Part shown: positions 9,002 through 17,943 of the stretch, piece after piece
Numbering within the stretch: the stretch's first letter is position 1
Layout: each line of letters begins with the position of its first letter
Position numbers and translations under genes: made by a program
Assembly: GCA_030592015.1 (NCBI GenBank)
Contig: JAUUZY010000004.1
Coordinates: 6,905 to 70,904 of the forward strand
Direction of reading: 5' to 3'
Source: Candidatus Peregrinibacteria bacterium
Lineage (GTDB): Bacteria > Patescibacteriota > Gracilibacteria > UBA1369 > LOWO2-01-FULL-3
DNA: 64,000 nt
Notes under the pieces: model-generated
What the model was told of the DNA's origin: nothing
What the model saw: only the letters and a program-made list of their open reading frames with translations
The model's database searches: none

Positions 9002-9555
9002 TGAAAATAATCGTAGGACTCGGAAATATAGGCGAAAAGTATCTAAAAACGCGACACAATTGCGGATTTTTGGCACTAGATCAGTTTGAAATGGACATGG
9101 AAAAAGAGAACATAGAATTAAAATGGAAGAAAGACAAAAAAATGAAGGCATATATAACAAAATTTGATTACAAAGGAGAAACAGTACTATTAGTAAAACC
9201 TACAACATTAATGAATCTATCAGGAGAAGCAGTTAGCAAAATCCTGAATTTCTACAAAGAAAAACCTGAAAACCTAATCGTCATATACGACGATATCGAT
9301 CTGCCACTAGGAACAATTCGCTGCAAAGACAGCGGATCAGCAGGAACACATAACGGAATGAAATCAATAATACAGGAGATTGGAAGCAAAGATTTTAAAA
9401 GAATAAGAATAGGAATTGAAAGCAGGGGAGAACTGACACCTGCACAACAAGATCTACACAGTTTTGTACTTTCAGACTTTACAGAGAATGAATTTTCAAT
9501 GATTTTCGAGGCTCTAAAAGACGCCTCAACAAAGCTAAAAGAAACTTTGGCTTGA
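9001..9555 (+). CDS. pth: peptidyl-tRNA hydrolase
   Basis: MKIIVGLGNIGEKYLKTRHNCGF...DDIDLPLGTIRCKDSGSAGTHNGMKSI are canonical Pth motifs. TAATG overlap with obg. Confidence 0.9.
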   Translation: MKIIVGLGNIGEKYLKTRHNCGFLALDQFEMDMEKENIELKWKKDKKMKAYITKFDYKGETVLLVKPTTLMNLSGEAVSKILNFYKEKPENLIVIYDDIDLPLGTIRCKDSGSAGTHNGMKSIIQEIGSKDFKRIRIGIESRGELTPAQQDLHSFVLSDFTENEFSMIFEALKDASTKLKETLA

Positions 9556-9607
9556 CCAAAAGCATAAATTTGCCTAAATTAACTAGGCAAAAATCTAAGA
9601 ATTAAAC

Positions 9608-9997
9608 ATGTTCGCAATAGTTGAAACAGGAGGAAAACAATACAAAGTAGAAAAAGGAACAACTCTTGAAATCGAAAGATTGAAAGAAAAAGAAGGAGCT
9701 AGTATAAACCTAGACCAAGTGTTGCTTATAAGCGATAAAGAAGATACAAAAGTGGGAAATCCATTTATCAGCGGAGCAGTTGTTTCAGGAAAAATCGTAG
9801 AACACAAAAGAGGAGTAAAAATAGTTGTGTTTAAGATGAAAGCAAAAAAGAGATACCAAAAAACACAAGGACACAGACAAGAACTAACTGTAGTAGAAAT
9901 AACAGATATTAAATCTAGCGGAGCAAAGGCAACACCTGCAAAACCTGCAGCAGCGAAAAAAGCCCCAGCAAAGAAAGTAGAAGAAAAAGAAGATTAA
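9608..9997 (+). CDS. rplU: 50S ribosomal protein L21 with a Lys/Ala/Pro-rich C-terminal tail
   Basis: MFAIVETGGKQYKVEKG...GHRQELTVVEI is L21. About 25 extra residues (SSGAKATPAKPAAAKKAPAKKVEEKED) follow. Confidence 0.9.
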   Translation: MFAIVETGGKQYKVEKGTTLEIERLKEKEGASINLDQVLLISDKEDTKVGNPFISGAVVSGKIVEHKRGVKIVVFKMKAKKRYQKTQGHRQELTVVEITDIKSSGAKATPAKPAAAKKAPAKKVEEKED

Positions 9998-10941
9998 ATT
10001 TCTCTCAACTTAATTAAAACATTATTCAGATCTTTAGGAAGATCGGATTTTACTTTTACATGTTTAGAACCAACAAAGTCAGAAAACTCCAAAGTATGTG
10101 CATGTAAAAATTGTCTCTTAAGGAAAAACTTCTCCTTAAGCTTGTTATTTATATTGCGATTGCCGTAAACGCTATCACCAACCACAGGATGACCAATAGC
10201 CGCCATATGAACACGTATCTGATGCGTTCTTCCTGTTTTTATCTCAACATCAAGCAAACTAACAGACTGCTTCTCATTCAATTCAAACTCTTCCAAAACT
10301 TTATAGACAGAAACCGCTTCTTTCCCCTCTCTAGCGGCAGTAACTCCCATTTTTTTACGATTTTTTAAATCTCTGGCAATAGGGGAGTCAATTATTCCCT
10401 CATCATGCTCCAAAATGCCGTTAACCAATGCCAAATAATGTTTTTCTACATTCCTTCCTTTGAATTCACCAACAAAATAATCACGCGCTTTCTTATTCTT
10501 CACCACAATCAATAATCCAGAGGTATCCTTATCAAGCCTATGAACTATCCCAGGTCGCAATTTGTCCAATGTACTGGAAACCTTAGACAAAACGCCATGA
10601 GCCACAGTTCCGGTAGAATGACGCCCCTCTTCAGTAGGATGAACAACCATACCTGCAGGCTTTTCTATAATAAAATAATCATCAGTCTCTCTAAGCACAG
10701 GCAAATCAATCTCCTCAGCCTCCAAGACAAATTTTTTCTCCTCAATATCCTTAACCAAAATCTCATCACCAATCGCCAAAGTGTAGCTTGCCTTTCCCTT
10801 TGTGTCATTAAGCAAAATCTTACCGGACTTAAGCAAAGCCTGAACCTTTGACCTGGAAAGATCAGAAAGCTCCATAGTCAGAAATTTATCAAGCCTGAGT
10901 CCAATAAATCCACTATCCTCTTTTATCAGTATTTTTTTCAT
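9994..10941 (-). CDS. rluD: RluA-family 23S rRNA pseudouridine synthase (RluD-like)
   Basis: An N-terminal S4 domain (RLDKFL) and the catalytic HRLDKDTSGLLIV motif are present, plus RTHQIRVH. Confidence 0.85.
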   Translation of the reverse strand: MKKILIKEDSGFIGLRLDKFLTMELSDLSRSKVQALLKSGKILLNDTKGKASYTLAIGDEILVKDIEEKKFVLEAEEIDLPVLRETDDYFIIEKPAGMVVHPTEEGRHSTGTVAHGVLSKVSSTLDKLRPGIVHRLDKDTSGLLIVVKNKKARDYFVGEFKGRNVEKHYLALVNGILEHDEGIIDSPIARDLKNRKKMGVTAAREGKEAVSVYKVLEEFELNEKQSVSLLDVEIKTGRTHQIRVHMAAIGHPVVGDSVYGNRNINNKLKEKFFLKRQFLHAHTLEFSDFVGSKHVKVKSDLPKDLNNVLIKLREI

Positions 10942-11719
10942 AATTATTTACAGTATATAAATTCCAAAGTGTTTCAAATATGCCTTTTTGTGTATCCGTA
11001 ATCTCTTTACTATTTATTACAACAGCATATTCAGCCCCCTTGATCAAATGAATCGTTGACACTCTATCATTATATATGTTCATTAAGCCATTGAATCCAC
11101 CGCCAAAACATAAACCGTCAACATAAAAAAGTTTAAACGCCATATTTTTTTTTGAAAAGTTCTTATCAAAAAACTTTCGAAGCTTCTCCGAATTAGGAGC
11201 AATAAGCCTTAAATCTATAGACATATTAGGAATATAAGTTTTCAGGTATTCAAGCAAAATCTCCTTCAAAACAGGATTATCACAATTATAAACAGGCAAA
11301 TACATACAGACACTATCCCCATAATTTGCATCAAACAAAGAATTCCTTATCGATTCAAGTCCATCACAATAACTCACAACAGGCTTCTGAAAATCATAGT
11401 CATCCACCAAGTCACGAAACTTCGGAATAATAGCCAACATTTGAGACTTATAATAATCAAACTTTCTACATTTTCTATCTAAAAATGCGATCAAGCAATT
11501 AGGATCATTAGCATCAAAAAATCGAATTCCATTTTTAATAAAAGAGGCAACCAGCCCCTTAGACTTCAAGGAATTTAAAATAGAATAAGTCGTAGTACGC
11601 TTCAAGCCAGCACGTTTAGCAATAACACTCACAGCCTGAGAACCAATCCGCAAAAGTTCTATATAAACTTCAGATTCACGTTTTGTTAAACCTATCTGAC
11701 ATAAATTTTCCTGAAACAT
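10913..11719 (-). CDS. TrmB-family winged-helix transcriptional regulator
   Basis: The N-terminus LTKRESEVYIELLRIGSQAVSVIAKRAGLKRTTTYSILNSLKSKGLV is a typical TrmB wHTH. The C-terminal domain (about 180 aa) is of unknown specificity. Confidence 0.65.
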   Translation of the reverse strand: MFQENLCQIGLTKRESEVYIELLRIGSQAVSVIAKRAGLKRTTTYSILNSLKSKGLVASFIKNGIRFFDANDPNCLIAFLDRKCRKFDYYKSQMLAIIPKFRDLVDDYDFQKPVVSYCDGLESIRNSLFDANYGDSVCMYLPVYNCDNPVLKEILLEYLKTYIPNMSIDLRLIAPNSEKLRKFFDKNFSKKNMAFKLFYVDGLCFGGGFNGLMNIYNDRVSTIHLIKGAEYAVVINSKEITDTQKGIFETLWNLYTVNNYEKNTDKRG

Positions 11720-11851
11720 AATGAAAGGTAAAATACGATTATAAAATATAAAAGAACATAAAAAGAATCAAAGAAACACAGAGCAATGTAATGAATTTGT
11801 CATTTTCCCAAAGCTTTGTTAGTCTTTCGTAAGAAATCGTAACTTCAAAAA

Positions 11852-13039
11852 ATGAAAGCAGATTCCAAAACACTACTAGAAAGAGGAACAGTTGACGTAA
11901 TAGTTAAAAAAGAGCTGGAAGCAAAGCTAAATTCAGGAAAATCATTAAAAGTTAAATTGGGAATAGATCCATCTGGAGCAGATTTACACATTGGACACAT
12001 GGTAGTTATTAAAAAACTACGTGAATTTCAAGAAGCCGGACACCACATACAACTATTATTTGGGAATTTCACAGGACAAATAGGGGACCCCACTGACAAA
12101 TTAAGCTCAAGACCTGTAAAAACACAGAAAGAACTAGAAAAAAATGCGAAAAAATACCTCGAACAGGCAGGAAAAATTTTAGACACAAAAAATGTTGAAG
12201 TGGTATGGAATGCAGATTGGTTAGGGAAGTTGAATTTCGCAGATGTAGTAAAACTTGCACAAGTATTTACAGTACACCAGATGCTGGAAAGAGATATGTA
12301 CCAAGAACGTATCAAAAAAGAACAAGCAATCTACCTTCACGAATTCTTATACCCTCTAATGCAGGGCTACGACTCTGTTGCACTGGAATCAGACCTAGAA
12401 TTAGGAGGAACAGACCAAACATTCAATCTCTTGGCTGGAAGAACAGTTCAAAAAGCATATGGACAAACTCCTCAAAACGTCCTAACCGTGCCATTACTTA
12501 TAGGGACGGACGGAAAGGACAAAATGGGAAAAAGTCTCGACAACTACATTGGAGTAAATGAAAAACCAAGCGAAATGTATGGAAAAACTATGTCCATAAC
12601 AGATCAACAAATCGTAAATTATTTTGAACTTGCCACATATGTGACAATGGAAGAAATCGAGAAAATAAAACAAGCACTAAAAGAAGGAGAAAATCCGAGA
12701 AATCTAAAAATGCACCTTGCAAGAGAATTAGTTACCCTTTATCACGATGAAGAAGCTGCAAAAATGGCTGAAAAAGAATTCATAGAAGTTTTTGCAAACA
12801 AAGGAACTCCTGAAGACATAGAATTAGTAAAAATGGACAAAGATAAATGGAATATCGTAAATTTAATCGCAGAAACAGGCCTAACAAATTCAAAAAGTGA
12901 AGCAAGACGACTGGTAGAAGGTGGGGGAGCGAGAGTTAACGGAGAAAAAGTAGAAGAAATTACAGAAGAAATAGATATTAAAGAAGAAATTCTTTTACAA
13001 GTGGGCAAAAGAAAATTCCTAAAAGTAGTCGCAAAATAA
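11852..13039 (+). CDS. tyrS: tyrosine--tRNA ligase
   Basis: HIGH (DLHIGH) and KMSKS-like (KMGKS) motifs and a C-terminal S4-like domain (SKSEARRLVEGGGARVNGEKV). Confidence 0.9.
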   Translation: MKADSKTLLERGTVDVIVKKELEAKLNSGKSLKVKLGIDPSGADLHIGHMVVIKKLREFQEAGHHIQLLFGNFTGQIGDPTDKLSSRPVKTQKELEKNAKKYLEQAGKILDTKNVEVVWNADWLGKLNFADVVKLAQVFTVHQMLERDMYQERIKKEQAIYLHEFLYPLMQGYDSVALESDLELGGTDQTFNLLAGRTVQKAYGQTPQNVLTVPLLIGTDGKDKMGKSLDNYIGVNEKPSEMYGKTMSITDQQIVNYFELATYVTMEEIEKIKQALKEGENPRNLKMHLARELVTLYHDEEAAKMAEKEFIEVFANKGTPEDIELVKMDKDKWNIVNLIAETGLTNSKSEARRLVEGGGARVNGEKVEEITEEIDIKEEILLQVGKRKFLKVVAK

Positions 13040-15084
13040 TGCTGAACAAAAACCTCTCCACAATACTCAGAACTACAAAAAGGCATCTGGCAAAACTAGA
13101 ATATTTAGGCGTGAATACTGTAAAAGAGTTTTTATTGTATTTTCCAAGAACATATAGCGACAGCTCAGAGTACACACAAATAATAGACGTACGTACAGAT
13201 GAAGTTAACGTGATAAAAGGAAAAATAAGCAGTCTCTTCAACATAAACACTAAATACGGAAAAAAGATAACAAAGGGAGTTTTTACAGATGACAGCGGAT
13301 CAATACAGGTGATTTGGTTCAATCAAGGACATCTCACAAAATTCCTACCAAGAAACAAAGAAATTATATTAAGTGGAAAAGCAAAGTTTGCATTCGGAAA
13401 AATAAGCCTGCAAAGTCCATCATATGAAATCATCAAGCCATATGAAGAACAAATACACACAGGCAGAATAACGCCTGTATATCATGAAACAGAGGGGATC
13501 AGTTCCAAGTGGATGCGAGAAAAAATCAAACCACTAGTAGATGAGTGGACAGATTTATTTCAAGAATATATGCCACAAGAAATATTGGACGAACACAAAT
13601 TGATAGACTACAAGACAGCAATCAAAAATGTTCATTTCCCGGAAAGCGATGAAATGCTTGATAGAGCCAGGGAAAGATTGGCATTTGACGAACTATTCCT
13701 TTTGCAACTCAAAGTACTTCAAAAGAAATGGCATTGGCAAAACATTTCCTCCGAACAAGCAAAAAGCATAGAACTAAAAAACGATGATATAAAAACATGC
13801 ATAGACTCCCTCTCATTTGAATTAACGGGTGCACAAACAAGAGTTCTAAAAGAGATACTGGACGACCTTCAAAAGAACTTCCCAATGACCCGACTAATAC
13901 AAGGAGACGTAGGATCAGGAAAAACAATAGTAGCAGCACTAGCAGCACTAAACGCAGTAAAAAATGGATACCAAGTCTGCATAATGGCACCCACAGAAAT
14001 CCTAGCCAAGCAGCACTATCAAACATTCATAAAAACCTTACAAAAATATAATCTCAACATTCAATTCATCGCAGGAAGCACCACAAAAAAACAAAAAGAA
14101 AACATTGTAAGACAAATGAAAACAGGAACAGCAGATTTAATCATCGGAACACATGCATTAATTCAGGAAAAAATAGGGTTCAAAAATCTCGGACTGGCAA
14201 TCATAGATGAGCAACATAGATTTGGAGTAAAACAAAGAGATATATTAAAAAGTCATGGAGCACCACATCTACTATGCATGACAGCTACACCAATACCTCG
14301 AACTCTAGCAATCACAATCTATGGAGACCAAGATTTATCAATAATTGATGAAATGCCAAAAGGACGACAAGAAATATACACAAAAGTTGTCCCCGAAAAA
14401 AAACGGATCGATGCGTACAGATGGATAGAAGACCAAGTAGCAAAGGGAAGACAAGCATTTATAGTTTGCCCACTCATAGATGAATCTGATGTATTGGAAG
14501 TAAAATCAGTACTAAAAGAATATGCATTCCTGAGCGAACACATTTTTCCAAGTTTAAAGCTGGGGTTACTGCACGGAAAACTAAAACAAGAAGATAAAGA
14601 CGAAATAATGGAAGATTTTAAAAACAACAATCTAAATATACTTGTATCAACATCCGTAATCGAGGTGGGAATCGATATACCAAACGCCACTATTATGCTT
14701 ATAGAAGGCGCTGAGCGCTTCGGGCTCTCACAATTACACCAATTCAGAGGTCGAGTCGGTAGGGGAGAGCACAAATCATACTGCTTCCTCTTCACAGGCG
14801 CACTTTCAGAGGAGGGGACTACTCGAATGAAAGCAATGGAAAAACACGCAAGCGGCTTTAAGCTCGCAGAAATTGATCTAAACCTAAGAGGACCGGGAGA
14901 GATTTACGGAATAAAACAAAGTGGAATACCTGATTTAAAGATGGCAAGCTTGACAGATAGCAAAACTATAGAGAAAGCTAGAAAAAGTGCAGAGAAAATT
15001 ATCGCAAAAGATCCAAAATTAAAAAACCTTCCAATGATTGCAGAAAAAATTGCAGAAATGTATGAAATCTATGTAAAAGATTAA
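13039..15084 (+). CDS. recG: ATP-dependent DNA helicase RecG
   Basis: An N-terminal wedge/OB region and SF2 helicase motifs (GDVGSGKT, DEQHRFGV, TATPIPRTL, QLHQFRGRVGRG). 681 aa. Confidence 0.9.
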   Translation: MLNKNLSTILRTTKRHLAKLEYLGVNTVKEFLLYFPRTYSDSSEYTQIIDVRTDEVNVIKGKISSLFNINTKYGKKITKGVFTDDSGSIQVIWFNQGHLTKFLPRNKEIILSGKAKFAFGKISLQSPSYEIIKPYEEQIHTGRITPVYHETEGISSKWMREKIKPLVDEWTDLFQEYMPQEILDEHKLIDYKTAIKNVHFPESDEMLDRARERLAFDELFLLQLKVLQKKWHWQNISSEQAKSIELKNDDIKTCIDSLSFELTGAQTRVLKEILDDLQKNFPMTRLIQGDVGSGKTIVAALAALNAVKNGYQVCIMAPTEILAKQHYQTFIKTLQKYNLNIQFIAGSTTKKQKENIVRQMKTGTADLIIGTHALIQEKIGFKNLGLAIIDEQHRFGVKQRDILKSHGAPHLLCMTATPIPRTLAITIYGDQDLSIIDEMPKGRQEIYTKVVPEKKRIDAYRWIEDQVAKGRQAFIVCPLIDESDVLEVKSVLKEYAFLSEHIFPSLKLGLLHGKLKQEDKDEIMEDFKNNNLNILVSTSVIEVGIDIPNATIMLIEGAERFGLSQLHQFRGRVGRGEHKSYCFLFTGALSEEGTTRMKAMEKHASGFKLAEIDLNLRGPGEIYGIKQSGIPDLKMASLTDSKTIEKARKSAEKIIAKDPKLKNLPMIAEKIAEMYEIYVKD

Positions 15085-15447
15085 ACTCAAGAAAAAGAGC
15101 AAATAACGCAAAAAGAGGATATTGCCCAAGAAAGAAAAGACGAAGCAAACTACATCTTTTTTTTTAAAACGCCTGAAATCGAAGGTTTTGAGTACACGGC
15201 TTAGCCTAAAGCAAAACAGGACATGGGGGATTAAAAAACAGCATTTTTAGTCGAAACTTTAATCGACAGCAAAAACCAGAAATTTCAACAAAGTTCCAAA
15301 AATAAAAACGAAAAACAAAAACAATTCAAAGACAGAACAAAGTCCACGAAACAACACTACTCTACTCCATGTCAATATATGTTTGTACAAGATACATTGT
15401 GCAAAGTTATATAAGTCCGCAAACCTAACTCCCCTAGAGATCAAATA

Positions 15448-16800
15448 CTAGGCATTGTCAATTTCCGCCCAAAAATCATTAGTTTTTCTAGATTCAAAGC
15501 TTGAATGGACAAATTGAGCCTTTGGCGAATTCTTTGTCATAGTTATAACATTCAAGCTCTCAACTTTGTCCTCAATAGACAAGGTATCCGCAACAGCAAG
15601 CACCTCAACCAAAGAAGTTAATACCCTTCTGTCGACAGAGGACAAGCTATATCCCCTATCCTTCCCCTCCCCAACTAGATTTTCGGCTAAAGAAACAAGT
15701 TCTTCATGATTAATCTTAGATATATTGGTATCAGGAATTCGTTTAATACTTTCCGTAACATAAGCGTCTAAATGGCACTTCCCTGCTGCAACAACGATGT
15801 CCTCAGCAGAAGTATATGGCCCTAAATCATCACCAGAGTACGGGGTTTTTAAAGTAAAGCTATAACTAACACTTCCGGAAGAGTCAACTTCCTTATAAAT
15901 ATCGATAGGAAAAAAGAAATCCCCTGCCTCAATAGTCGCTTTATCTTTATGAAATTCTATTTTATAAGAAGAACTATCATGAACACCTTGCCCAATACTA
16001 GACTCTATAGCTTGCCTCTGCTCTGCCACATCCTCAATAGGCTGAGAATAAGATCTAACTTCAGCAACAACAATAACTTCTTCTTCTTCTTCTTCTTCCT
16101 CTTCCTCCTCAAAATCAAGAACCACGTCCTCTTCCCCAATTTCCTGCCATATCTCCAAAACCTCCTGGACTTCTTCCTCATCCTCAGACCTTGCAAGCTC
16201 CTCATCAACAAGGAGATTCAATTGTTTTGTATATTCCTCAGAGGAAATATCTTCATTAGCATTCAAAACCTTCAATTTCTCCATAACTATTCCACGAAAC
16301 TTAAGCATTTTCCCACCCCTAATCAACAATTCACCATCATCACTCTTAGAATATTCTTCACTTTTGCTATACGACCTAACAAGGAACTTCAATAACTTTT
16401 GCTCAGCTCTAAACCTTTTAAAAGCAACATCAAAATACACTTCACCATCCCCTTCTCCAGCAACTTCACCCTTCCAATACTTAGTTAATACAACATTCTT
16501 AAATTGAGCAAACTCAGCTTTATCACCAGCTTCCATAGCCCCATCAAATTGCTTTTTTAGGACCTCATTGGAATATATTTCATCCAATAGCTCAGGACGA
16601 AACCCAGGAAAAGCATCAAGCTTTGAAACAATTCTCAAATAAGGATTTGCCTCAAGGCTGGCTAAGTGCTCAACAGTTTCTTCATCAGTATCCTTAAGAT
16701 CCAACTTAAAACTATCAGAAAAGATTTGTGAATCACCTACAAAAGATGGCAATACCTCCCGATCGCTCACTCCATCAGGCAATTTTCCAAAATCATTCAT
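15448..16800 (-). CDS. hypothetical, strongly acidic cytoplasmic protein with a poly-Glu run
   Basis: A 450-aa ORF with coding-strand composition like neighbouring genes. It has no TM segment or signal peptide. I recognise no family. Confidence 0.5.
   Translation of the reverse strand: MNDFGKLPDGVSDREVLPSFVGDSQIFSDSFKLDLKDTDEETVEHLASLEANPYLRIVSKLDAFPGFRPELLDEIYSNEVLKKQFDGAMEAGDKAEFAQFKNVVLTKYWKGEVAGEGDGEVYFDVAFKRFRAEQKLLKFLVRSYSKSEEYSKSDDGELLIRGGKMLKFRGIVMEKLKVLNANEDISSEEYTKQLNLLVDEELARSEDEEEVQEVLEIWQEIGEEDVVLDFEEEEEEEEEEEVIVVAEVRSYSQPIEDVAEQRQAIESSIGQGVHDSSSYKIEFHKDKATIEAGDFFFPIDIYKEVDSSGSVSYSFTLKTPYSGDDLGPYTSAEDIVVAAGKCHLDAYVTESIKRIPDTNISKINHEELVSLAENLVGEGKDRGYSLSSVDRRVLTSLVEVLAVADTLSIEDKVESLNVITMTKNSPKAQFVHSSFESRKTNDFWAEIDNA
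16078..16110 (-). repeat. in-frame GAA/GAG trinucleotide run encoding about 11 consecutive Glu
   Basis: The plus strand reads ttcttcttcttcttcttcttcctcttcctcctc. Confidence 0.9.
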
Positions 16801-16817
16801 TGTAAATATTATTTATA

Positions 16818-17879
16818 TTATTTCGCATCATTTCCCCAATTTTCAGGCCTAAGCTTCCTAACTGTTTCCCCAGTTCTCCAAATTTCCATATTATTCATTT
16901 CATCTAATTCAGCATCCAGCTTTTGCTTATAATCAGGCTGGCCATTTTTATCCAAAACAATTTTTGTTTCAGTTCCATTTTTCACATTTTCATAAAGTTG
17001 ATCAAACACAGGAGCTACAGCATCACGAAATCTCCCTTTCCAATCCAGAGCACCACGCTGAGCAGTAGCACTACAGTTTGCAAACATCCAATTCATTCCC
17101 TTCTCACCAACTAAAAGAATTAGACTTTGAGTCAATTCCTCAACAGTCTCATTGAAAGACTCACTGGGACTATGTCCATTTTTCCTAAGTACATAGTATT
17201 GAGCCTCCATCATTCCAGCCAAAGCCCCCATAAGCACTCCCCTCTCACCAGTCAAATCGCTATACACCTCGTTCTGCAAAGTTGTTTCAAACAAATAACC
17301 TGAACCAACTGCAATCCCCAAGGCCAAAACCTTATCCATCGCTTTTCCGGAAAAGTTCTGAAAAATCGCAAAACTACTATTTATACCTTTATCCTGAAGA
17401 AAATTACGACGCAAAGTCAAACCAGATCCTTTTGGGGCTACCAAAACCACATCAACATTCGTAGGAGGAATAACTCCTGTTAATTCCTTATAAGTAACAG
17501 AAAAACCATGAGAAAAACCCAAAGTTTTACCTTCAGTCAAATAGGGTAACAAACTAGGCCAAAAATCTTTTTGGCCAGCATCAGAAAGAAGATATTGAAT
17601 AATAGTACCTCTAGAAGCAGCCTCTTCCAAAGAAAACAAAGTCTCTCCGGGAACCCAACCATCCTCAACTGCCTTGTCCCAGTTTGGAGAATTTTGTCTT
17701 TGCCCAATAATAACATTCACACCATTGTCTCGCATATTCAAACCTTGTCCCGGCCCCTGAACACCATATCCAAGAACAGCAACAATCTCATCCTTCAAAA
17801 CTTCCTTAGCCCTCTTCAAAGTAAATTCATCACGAGTTACAACATTTTCAGTTACACCTCCAAAATCCATCTCAGCCAT
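16818..17879 (-). CDS. ilvC: ketol-acid reductoisomerase
   Basis: Rossmann motif VLGYGVQGPGQGLNMRDNG. SHGF, the ERGVLMG region and a knotted C-terminal domain are typical of KARI. Confidence 0.85.
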   Translation of the reverse strand: MAEMDFGGVTENVVTRDEFTLKRAKEVLKDEIVAVLGYGVQGPGQGLNMRDNGVNVIIGQRQNSPNWDKAVEDGWVPGETLFSLEEAASRGTIIQYLLSDAGQKDFWPSLLPYLTEGKTLGFSHGFSVTYKELTGVIPPTNVDVVLVAPKGSGLTLRRNFLQDKGINSSFAIFQNFSGKAMDKVLALGIAVGSGYLFETTLQNEVYSDLTGERGVLMGALAGMMEAQYYVLRKNGHSPSESFNETVEELTQSLILLVGEKGMNWMFANCSATAQRGALDWKGRFRDAVAPVFDQLYENVKNGTETKIVLDKNGQPDYKQKLDAELDEMNNMEIWRTGETVRKLRPENWGNDAK

Positions 17880-17943
17880 AAGGTAAAATTAACAAATAAA
17901 GTTCGACTAATTTATACAGGAAATAGCAGAAGCTGTAAAAGAC

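Noticed and set aside
9569-9590. A hairpin TTGCCTAAATTAACTAGGCAA between pth and rplU, considered as a terminator.
   Set aside because: The stem is only 7 bp and AT-rich, and it is followed by AAAAATC rather than a U tract. It may be part of the rplU leader, but I cannot support a terminator call.
11720-11851. A possible T-box leader upstream of tyrS. The same question applies to the 74-nt spacer upstream of ileS at 44909..44982.
   Set aside because: The spacers are too short for a T-box. No specifier-loop/T-box consensus (AGAGA...UGGNACCGCG) or terminator/antiterminator pair is visible.
14319-14795. Long antisense ORFs inside conserved genes. This one lies in recG. Others include 3036..3419 in pabB, 20558..21061 in the TagA-like gene, 55025..55489 in glyA, 33769..34515 in pgk, 52223..53215 in the surface protein and 41448..41735 in the DUF360 gene.
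   Set aside because: All overlap genes with clear family motifs on the other strand. Their translations are Ser/Phe/Leu/Ile-rich low complexity. They are the expected by-product of A-rich sense strands, because few stop codons arise on the complementary strand.
15259-15444. A 61-aa minus-strand ORF in the long recG / acidic-protein spacer.
   Set aside because: It starts at a TTG only 3 nt after the upstream stop. Its sense strand is T-rich, unlike every supported gene here (all A-rich). The product is low-complexity and hydrophobic. It is most likely spurious.
16078-16110. The GAA/GAG repeat considered as a phase-variation (on/off) switch.
   Set aside because: The unit is a trinucleotide, so slippage stays in frame. 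It can change poly-Glu length but cannot switch the gene off.
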